IMG/VR virus record: IMGVR_UViG_3300032227_001762
Location: 1-32,046 of that record
DNA length: 32,046 nt
Origin: a virus
Taxonomy: Duplodnaviria > Caudoviricetes
Strand: one strand, 5' to 3'
Shown: positions 19,101 to 26,900 of the stretch, piece by piece
Layout of the letters: each line of letters begins with the position of its first letter
Numbering within the stretch: position 1 is the stretch's first letter
The notes under the pieces: model-generated
Told to the model about the DNA's origin: nothing
Seen by the model: only the letters and a program-made list of their open reading frames with translations
Databases searched by the model: none
Translations under genes and position numbers: made by a program

Positions 19101-19241
19101 TTCGGTAATGGCATTTGTAAACTGAAAATTGCCTTGCGTAAGACCTCCTCCTTGGACTAGTTGAAACCCGACCAAGTTATCTGAGAATGTTCCACTACCT
19201 GTCGCCGGTGTTGGCGGACAAATGAATTTTTTTATCGCCAT
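16167..19241 (-). CDS. 1024-aa baseplate wedge-like protein containing a P2 gpI-like segment
   Basis: LLKNLAQTLGW...YRNLVLNSAYLFKSKGTRKSIENLMKLIG matches the LAxxxGW...KGT pattern of P2 gpI-type wedge proteins. Baseplate context; TAATG overlaps at both ends. Confidence 0.6.
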   Translation of the reverse strand: MAIKKFICPPTPATGSGTFSDNLVGFQLVQGGGLTQGNFQFTNAITEKTNRTFYTGVFSDPINLENMGISNVEQSKLIFENNFKVYPNFDITQINNFVQYGSMTKRISTSITKIISYFPAALESHKIGLNYKTGSTAFNITYNPIQDTTSFTLDVSKLRNPFDIDFTTNSTRNLSLRDIEVSVLRNLTVEYAKYSLYYREEGYSLVSITPTTSLTTGYLTITVNGNPFSGENVVYDTIVVRPNDYEVNKVYNEDFDEVENFLLNRNQTPKYTCSFRSPKEADDGTFYITTVSSTWPTNGNWNLDISTANFNNYLTQLDEISQNFDSFKSNLISRFLTTGAFKDFDTVGQKMEKVLQVYGRSFDETNKFINALAFMNSVNYTVKNDIPSQLLKNLAQTLGWRINISPISNEDFLSSVFGQKNSGPSEFSGVPIKSTPDELNYQFYRNLVLNSAYLFKSKGTRKSIENLMKLIGAPDALVEFNEYIYVADQKINLSQFDNQFLQISAGTYVSESAVLDPTNIFSIFGDTYTGYTTSLQIKDVNIVREEFPMDDEGYPSTPENTENFYFQIGSGWFESTPQHRAPEQVDLTNSVFTGTNPNYQTQLQPFTYGQIYLNRFQNFPFMNLGYELRPVIDNNKSWTDSEVGQRVNLDGSYNARYVTEDDRLVLNVKNIDVFLNPGQALLYDVWYMSRQYNYPIPNQGLFYQRPTRCNPTPNIEYPYRGGVDWTEINPQPKRKSFFEFAQTFWHNTINVRNRQFQSDGKTSGYPTLQSIFWKYLNSNKTTDTSRSDGQSCSQVYNDIDNGIGVANNNFNYHNMIEYVNGLGDYWIRLVEQMVPATTIWNTGVRYENSIFHRQKFVWRRQAGCNLVPQRCNPCSTTASIFPFDCASFSTTCPIYPWDRQITDFGGVLGNVLTNYLSNNNLQLTDCQLNTLTTNWVVEILIDNQFQSYQEFFTGFGYGTSLSYPSESQWLNALIQGLDSLENLGYSYYLTTDNNVVVYNSNCSFNGPESNLKINVGISFNIICS

Positions 19242-20149
19242 TAAGAAATTATATTTGTAAAGTTCTTACTGAAGTCGATATTGTTTCCTCTATCCTGTCT
19301 AACTTCAAATAATAAATTATTAAATTGGTCTCTAATTTCGTATAAGTTATATTGTTTGTAAATGTTGTTCTGACTATCGTACATGGTGTAAATACCGTCA
19401 TCAATCGCCTTACTTTGATTACCAAATAGAGCTATTGCTATTGTTGAGAAATCATGCTCTGCAATCTCAATGTCAAGTGTTATAGGATTGAAAAAAGTAT
19501 TTGTAATTATTATGTCCTGATTTGGTTGTCCAATATATGGAATCGCATTCGGTTTGTTGGAGGGTGAAGATGAGGGTGACAGAGTACAAAAAATAATATT
19601 GGTATTGTTTTCAGTATATCTATATCTAATTGCTTTAGCCGAAGTATTGGTTAAATTTTGTACCACAGGTTCACAAAAAAATGAAGATGTAATTATTCTA
19701 AAAAAGTTCGGTACTTTTGTTCCATCAGAATTTAAATATTCAACTCTAAATCCGACAAGTCCTTGGTTTACAAATTTATTTCTGTATTGAGATGGTACCG
19801 AGTTTAAATCAATTACAAGTCCCCTAACGTTTGGCAGAGCAGATAAAACACCACAATCTAAAATAGTGGTTCTTATTTGCGCCGGTCTTATCATAAGAGT
19901 GTAAATACCAATTCGATTAAAGACATTGGCCGGTAATTTAAGATTATACAGACCTCCCAATATTTCAACATCCGCGTTTCCCCCAGTTGCACTATTATTA
20001 AAATAAGGTCTTAATACCGAAGGTGCATCTAGTTTAGTTAGTAAAAAGTTACTTGTGTCATCTCTTGATGGTGTGTAATTCAATATTATTTCAACATCTT
20101 CTGGTGAGACATCTGCGGGTCGTATAGTTCCATAAGTACCTGTAGCCAT
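19241..20149 (-). CDS. Hypothetical phage protein, probably structural (302 aa)
   Basis: Long ORF preceded by TATTTATA, with a TAATG overlap to the downstream gene. Confidence 0.6.
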   Translation of the reverse strand: MATGTYGTIRPADVSPEDVEIILNYTPSRDDTSNFLLTKLDAPSVLRPYFNNSATGGNADVEILGGLYNLKLPANVFNRIGIYTLMIRPAQIRTTILDCGVLSALPNVRGLVIDLNSVPSQYRNKFVNQGLVGFRVEYLNSDGTKVPNFFRIITSSFFCEPVVQNLTNTSAKAIRYRYTENNTNIIFCTLSPSSSPSNKPNAIPYIGQPNQDIIITNTFFNPITLDIEIAEHDFSTIAIALFGNQSKAIDDGIYTMYDSQNNIYKQYNLYEIRDQFNNLLFEVRQDRGNNIDFSKNFTNIIS

Positions 20150-20175
20150 TCTGTTTTAAAATTATTTAACTTTAT

Positions 20176-20183
20176 TATAAATA
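20176..20183 (-). promoter_or_regulatory. TATTTATA motif, candidate late promoter
   Basis: Lies 26 nt upstream of the ATG at 20149. Confidence 0.6.
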
Positions 20184-20197
20184 CCTTTTTCCGTATT

Positions 20198-21376
20198 TTA
20201 TGTTTGGATAATGTTGTAAAAACCATACCCATAATTTATTAAGTCTCCCATATTGTCAATCTCCCCAAATCTTTGTATTCTTTCTAACGCCGAATTTTTA
20301 CCTCTTTCAATAAAGATGTTGGTTTGTACTTCACTATCGAATACCGCATTTAATAAAACTTCGTTTTTAGTAATGGCCGAACAATAGAAATCGGTGTACC
20401 CCGATGTTTCAACCGCAAAAACAGTTGTTCCATCAAAGTAATCATAATAATCAATATTGTTAACTGTATATGCTGTATAGATTGAACCAGGAGTTGGGGA
20501 ATAGACAATACCTTGGGCACCTGATGAACCTGTTACATAAACATTAGTTTTAAATTTACCCCCTAATTTGCTTGGGTCTCCTTTTGGTCCATATTGAGAT
20601 AAGTCATTGAGTGTTGATTGAGTATAACCTGTGATTATGAATGGTGTTGTAGTAAATTGACAACAATTAATTGAGCTTTCACAATTGGAATCTCCTGAAA
20701 AAATATAATTATATTCTATCGGAGTTCCTGACCAACTACCACTGGCGGATATAAAGTACGCGGTACCATATGGGTCATCTATTGTAATATCAGTAAAAGG
20801 TACGGTAACTTCTTTCTTTATCAAATTATAACCCCATGGGCTAAGTCCTGACATAGATATTGTGTATGTTCCATTTGAGGAATAGGTATGTCGGTAACTG
20901 TTCGGAGTTGTTTTATCGACTGTTTGAATGCGACCTCCGTCGCCCCAATCAAGATAATATTCCGAAAATTCCAAATACCTTTTAAACTCTTTGTCTGAAG
21001 TATTAAAAAAATTAATTTCATATGGATTTGATGTGTCGGCGGTAAACAAAAAATTTAACATAGTTTCTTTTTGTGTTATCGCACCATCAAACACTGAATA
21101 ATATCCAATATCAACAGTATTTTCACTTAAAAAAATTGGAATTGATAAATCAGTCAAAATAGAATCTCCATTTGTTCCTCCTGACAAAATTTGAGTCATA
21201 GATGAATACACATAGGTGATTCCAGTTGTAATACCTGTCACAGTTTCACCGCTTACCGCACAGCAAATATCAAACGGTAATTGTCTCGAGTATTCATCTT
21301 GAGCATAAACTACCCCGAATATGTCATTTTTAAGAACCTCAGGAGATATTTTGATATGGTAAGTTCTATCTTGCAT
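20198..21376 (-). CDS. 392-aa putative structural protein with a PKD-like domain
   Basis: PKD-like signature YYLDWGDGG...HTYSSNGTYTISMS. Coupled to the upstream gene by TAATG. Confidence 0.6.
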   Translation of the reverse strand: MQDRTYHIKISPEVLKNDIFGVVYAQDEYSRQLPFDICCAVSGETVTGITTGITYVYSSMTQILSGGTNGDSILTDLSIPIFLSENTVDIGYYSVFDGAITQKETMLNFLFTADTSNPYEINFFNTSDKEFKRYLEFSEYYLDWGDGGRIQTVDKTTPNSYRHTYSSNGTYTISMSGLSPWGYNLIKKEVTVPFTDITIDDPYGTAYFISASGSWSGTPIEYNYIFSGDSNCESSINCCQFTTTPFIITGYTQSTLNDLSQYGPKGDPSKLGGKFKTNVYVTGSSGAQGIVYSPTPGSIYTAYTVNNIDYYDYFDGTTVFAVETSGYTDFYCSAITKNEVLLNAVFDSEVQTNIFIERGKNSALERIQRFGEIDNMGDLINYGYGFYNIIQT

Positions 21377-22191
21377 TATACTGTGGGCGGATTTACGTAT
21401 TCATACCAATTCAATGGTGTTCCATCTCCAACTCTATTACCACTTGCAACATCGTAAATACTGTAAGTAAAGTTTGTATAGTCCAAAACAACTTTGTAAT
21501 AGAAGAAGAGTTCTTGTTGGAACAAAAATTTAACTCCGGTCAATTCTGATTGAGGTGTGGTCATCATTTTAACATATTGTCCTACCTTTGCGTCAAAGAA
21601 CTTTGCCGTCATATAAAACTCATTAAGATTAAGAATACTTCTATCTCTTAACCAATAAATAAAAAATCCTTCTTTATTTCTAACAAAATCTAACGTAAAG
21701 TTTGGTCTATCAAATTCAACTGTTGTATTCAAAAGTGGGTTTGAAACAGCGCTTTCTTTAACGTTTGAATCTGTCGCTAAAACAATTGTGAAATAATTTT
21801 TTTGTGTGGTGTTACCTGTGGTATCATAAAAATCTAATTTAAAAAAAGATTTTGTTATTGTAGGTGACCTTGAGTATAGTTCATCTATTGAAAATCCAGC
21901 TTGGATATAACTATTCTTCCAATCAATTAAGTTTGAAGTCGAAACATCAACTGAAGTACCATCAAAATAAAAAAACTGATAATTTAATTCGGTTTTTTCT
22001 TCGTCACCGTAAGACCCATGAGAAAACCTTAAGATTTCATAGTCTTTGGGTAATCCAACTATTTCCTCAACAACCTCTTCCTCATACATCTCTATACTAT
22101 CGGTTCGACCATAGAAATCCCATTTAATTTCTATTGGTATATCAATAGATTGGTCGTTAGTTGGTAATATGAATTTATAACTATTATTCAC
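21376..22191 (-). CDS. Hypothetical phage protein (about 271 aa)
   Basis: The ORF track starts at TTG 22200. The in-frame GTG at 22191, just before the upstream gene's stop, is the more plausible start. Confidence 0.6.
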   Translation of the reverse strand: MNNSYKFILPTNDQSIDIPIEIKWDFYGRTDSIEMYEEEVVEEIVGLPKDYEILRFSHGSYGDEEKTELNYQFFYFDGTSVDVSTSNLIDWKNSYIQAGFSIDELYSRSPTITKSFFKLDFYDTTGNTTQKNYFTIVLATDSNVKESAVSNPLLNTTVEFDRPNFTLDFVRNKEGFFIYWLRDRSILNLNEFYMTAKFFDAKVGQYVKMMTTPQSELTGVKFLFQQELFFYYKVVLDYTNFTYSIYDVASGNRVGDGTPLNWYEYVNPPTV

Positions 22192-23965
22192 AGGGGTCAA
22201 TTAATGGGTCTTGAACATTATTTAATTGTAAATAGTTACTACCTTCGGGTATTAATCTAAAAACTATATTTTTAAAGGGATGGTGTTTACCATTTAAAAA
22301 TGGGAAGTTAACTCCTATATCATCAGAGTCGACATAACCATATTCATATATGTCTTTCCATACAAAACTTTTTTTATTCTCTGAGTAATACGCCCAATTT
22401 GGAATGTTTGTAGTTGTTTCTTCTTCACCTTGTTCTATATAATCCGAAAAAGACCTAATTGTAACCGGAAAATGTGGTTGATAATAGTATCCAGGTATAA
22501 ATGAAAATCCGTTTGCACTATCTAAACTCACTGTAAAGTTATTCGAGTTAAAAACCAATTTATGAAACATATTTGATATAACTCTTTCAGATTGTTCATA
22601 GTCATTCCATTCACAAAAATCTCCATTGATAACATCTCCCGAAATTGGGGGTATCGTGTGAAAAAATTCATATGGTACTCCGGCAGGGTTTAATCCCTTT
22701 GTATAACTATCGTATGATAAATTGGTTAAAGAATCAGATGACCCCCACCATATAGTCGGATTATTAGATAATGGGTCAAGAGGTAAATTAAATTCCCATC
22801 CTTCTCGTAATGGATTGAACCACCCAAAGTACCCGTGCCATATAGTTGTAAAAAACAATTCTGATACAGGTCTTTTTTGGTTATCTAATAAATTTACCAA
22901 ATCAAGGTCAACATTGAAGCTAAGAGTATATGACTGTGAACCTTCCTTTATTGAAAATTTCCTTACGTTGTTGGGGGTTAGAGCGGCTCTATCAATTTTT
23001 TTCTCATCCTTAAAAATGTTTCTTTCGAACCCAGACTTAGCAACAACCGAATCATTTGGGTTTGTCACTATTTTGTTTTTTCTAACATAATACTTAGATA
23101 TAACCTCGTTTGAAACACTGTCAATTACAACTCTTTTTGCAGTTCCAGTTATTCCTTGGTTAAATGCGTTTCCAACAAAACCTGGATTTAAAATGTTAAA
23201 AATATATTCCTCGCTACCGAATTTGCCGTCACCTAAAGAATATATCTGAAAAGTATCCGTCACACCAAGTGAGGTTGTATAATTAAAACTTAACTTTGCA
23301 AGTTCTCCGACGGACATTCCGTGTTTCACACCACAAATAAAACTAACCAAATTTTTTCCCTCATTTACGTTTTGACGTATTACAAATGGAATACCGTCTG
23401 AAACCGTCCAATTTACGTTGTATCTCAAACCTTGGTCATAAATTAGAACATTCATTGGTCTGTCATAGTCATTCTCAAATGCATAACTCATATAAAAGTT
23501 CCAATTATATGAACTTGCACTTTTTGCCACAAAATTTAAGTGATAAGGAGGGTCTGATACTCCATCAGTAACGGTATATCCTGAGGTCTGATAATCAGTC
23601 CTAACAAAATCAAATTCACTATATTGAGGAAAACCTTCCCAAAGTGTTTCTTCCCCTAAACACTGTGATTCAGCGTTACTTTCAGCATTAGAAAAATATA
23701 AACTGTTTTGATATGGTTGATAATCACTGAAACCAGTGTAAGAGTTTTTAAAAATATATAAAAACTTACAAGAGGGTCTAAAAAGTAAGGATTTTTGTCT
23801 TTCGTCATCAAAAAGTTGTTGTAAGTCCAAATTAACTGTCTTATCATATTCAACAATTTCTTTTACAGTTTGGACAAACGGGACTTTCAATGCTGAATCA
23901 ACATTGTTCGCCGATTTATACCTCAGAGAACCTAAAACAATTCTTATTTCATTATTATTACCCAT
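22184..23965 (-). CDS. Hypothetical phage protein, probably structural (593 aa)
   Basis: Long ORF in the baseplate operon, with a TAATG overlap to the upstream gene. Confidence 0.6.
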   Translation of the reverse strand: MGNNNEIRIVLGSLRYKSANNVDSALKVPFVQTVKEIVEYDKTVNLDLQQLFDDERQKSLLFRPSCKFLYIFKNSYTGFSDYQPYQNSLYFSNAESNAESQCLGEETLWEGFPQYSEFDFVRTDYQTSGYTVTDGVSDPPYHLNFVAKSASSYNWNFYMSYAFENDYDRPMNVLIYDQGLRYNVNWTVSDGIPFVIRQNVNEGKNLVSFICGVKHGMSVGELAKLSFNYTTSLGVTDTFQIYSLGDGKFGSEEYIFNILNPGFVGNAFNQGITGTAKRVVIDSVSNEVISKYYVRKNKIVTNPNDSVVAKSGFERNIFKDEKKIDRAALTPNNVRKFSIKEGSQSYTLSFNVDLDLVNLLDNQKRPVSELFFTTIWHGYFGWFNPLREGWEFNLPLDPLSNNPTIWWGSSDSLTNLSYDSYTKGLNPAGVPYEFFHTIPPISGDVINGDFCEWNDYEQSERVISNMFHKLVFNSNNFTVSLDSANGFSFIPGYYYQPHFPVTIRSFSDYIEQGEEETTTNIPNWAYYSENKKSFVWKDIYEYGYVDSDDIGVNFPFLNGKHHPFKNIVFRLIPEGSNYLQLNNVQDPLIDPCE

Positions 23966-26900
23966 TAAAATTCCAAAACATCAGTTTTTATCCATTTAAC
24001 TAAAAATCTATCATAAGCACTTTTTCCTCTTAACAAACCAAAATAAAAATAATACGGTCCAGAAGGTGTTACAATTCTATTGGGTCCTCCGGCTTGTGGT
24101 GGTTGTGCCGAAATCACACCATTGTCAACGTTGTAAATGTAACCTTTATGGTAAGTATAAATAGTACCATCAACCGGTTGCATGTAGTCGGAATTCAATC
24201 TATCCATACTTTGGTAACCACTAGAAAAGAAAACGGTTGCGTCTGTTGACCAATCGTTTTTTTGGTCTCCAAAAATACTATCAGGATTTGGTGTTTCTCC
24301 AATTTCAAAACCTTCATTTTCTCTAATATCCCATTGATAGAATGGAACTTCTTGCGTAAAAATTGGTATGTTTTGATAAGCACAAACATTAGAAGTTTGA
24401 GAATTCTCCGACACTACTAATCTATGAGGTGATAACCAATCTCTTAATTGAGTATTAGAATTGTAAAAAATTCCAAAAACATTGTAAAAAGAACTCGATG
24501 GATTCGAATAAACATAACCTTGTGGGGCCGATGGAACTCCATCAGGATTCGGTGTGAAATACTCATCAGCGTCATAACCAAGAACTCCAACCTGTGAATT
24601 TATCGCCAACATCTGAGCATAATCACCATCCACTTTTTCTCTTGGTCTTGAAAACATTCTCATCACAGGGTCGGTTATTTCTGTTCCTCCCGCAGCTTGT
24701 CCAGCACTTTGTGAGATAACTCCAGCGTATTGTTGGATTATAAGTCCGATAATACTTTGACTTACGAGTCTTGATAAAATAAACTGATTCAATAAATCCG
24801 AAACATCTTGGAACGATGTTGCCCCGAGTCTGTTCATAACATAACCTATATACTCGTCATTTAAAACTAACTGATAGGTGTAGTCAGTTCTTGGTCCCAA
24901 ATCCATAATTGTTGTAGGATTTTGTAAATTTTTGATGTTGGCAGGATTCAATAAAGAACCTGAATTCGGAACCCAACCATTAGCTTTACCTATAAATCCG
25001 TCAGGATATTTGTATGGTGAAGAACGATAAAAAACATTATTGGTTTCCAAATCTACGAATACCAATTGCGGACAAACACAATTATACGGTTGACCTGAGG
25101 GGTCGTCATTAATACCAGTATACCTTACTGAATTACCAAGTGGATACATAAATAACGAACCATTAATCCAATTATTAGTAAATATATGTCCAAAGACACC
25201 TCGACATGCCGCCACACCAAGTTTAATTCTAGCCGCCCATTCACTCAATAAATAAAAGTCCATAAAAAGACTAATTATGGGTTGGGTTACTAATCTATAA
25301 CATCCGTTGACCAAAACTTTATCTCCACTACCAAAACTAACATCTCCCACAATATACCGATTAGTATAACAATCGTCATTCTCAGGGGCAATTATGACTG
25401 CTCCGGTTTCTTCATCGTATTGATAACATCTCAATGGTATCAAGTTGTCACATGACAAGGTATTACCGGCCCCTGAAATTGTGGGGTTATTTAACACGTT
25501 GTTTATACTATCTTGTGACTCATCGCTCAAAGTAACGTCATCAATATTACTTTCAACATATCCTAAGTCATCAACAGGATACATTGTGAAAACTTGATTC
25601 TGCATGAATGAGAAACTCAAATCACCATTGTCTTGAGTATTACTACTTGTTGGTAGTCTGTCTCCCCTCATTACAATTCTCACATTGTTTGAAAAGTCGA
25701 TTGTTGTGGACGGAGAATATCTTTCAGATATATAGTATGAAGTTATTGTACCTGTATTACAATACCATCCTCCTCCACCGTCAAATGCCGGTTGTAAAGC
25801 AGATGCGTCTAACAACATTACTCCAGTTCCCTCCACTATTTCTCTATAAAAATAACCTCTGTTTCTACCTGTACCTTGATAATTGAAAGCTTGGTCAGGA
25901 TTTGTAAATGGTGGGTACGGATAAGAACTCAAACAAAATGGAACTGTCGTATTTGATGAATTTGCATTTACATAGAACTCTCTTGAAAACCAGTTAGAGT
26001 CAAAAATTCTCAACCCATTTACGTTATTTGTTAGTATGGCTGGTGAACTACTGTATATTCCAACATCCTCAGCATCATATTTGGAATAAAGGGATGTCGC
26101 ACTTGAAGTAAAGTTGGTATAAAGGGTAGAGTCGGGTAAAAAGTTATAAGAAGGGAAGAAAAGATATTGTTCATTAGACGTATAAGAATCCAAACTATTG
26201 TTTGTTCCAATTGTATGTCTAACGTTTCTAAGTTTATTTTGAATTGGTATATTCAATTTGAATTCCCCAACTACTAAATGTTCTTCGTTTGTTGTCCAAG
26301 TTGAAAAATCCGACTCCGTTCCATACAATCTACTCAAGTCAAATGCACAGGTTGTTCTTGAGGAATATGGGTCCACTCCTCGAACCATGAATATTAATTT
26401 TTGATTTTCAAAGTTTGGAAAACATGATATTTCAGTGTTAACTCTAACATCAGATGAATACACTTCAACAACGCTTCCGTTTACCGTAAAATATTCACCT
26501 CTCATATCCGAGGTTAAAATTCTATCTCTTAACCCCGCATTATCTGAAGTATTCACGGAATTTGCTAAGAACTCTCCAACTGTTGTAGATTTTATAACTT
26601 GGAAATACTCAATATCAATTGGAAATTTCATGAAGTTCTGTGGAGTTCCTGTTATCGTGTAATTAGTGGTGTCGTTACCTGAACCATCCCATTTAGACCA
26701 GTTAACCGATTGATTATCAATTTGATAATATAGGATATTACCACCTGAGTCTGTTATTGGGTTGCCATAGGTTGTACCTGTAGTCGCTCTATTTCCAAAT
26801 TGGTTATTTTCAGTCAAAGTAGTCAAATCAGAATTTACGTCTTGTGAACTACTTTTTCTAACAGGTGTAAAAATATTTCCCGGAGTAAAATCTAAACCTG

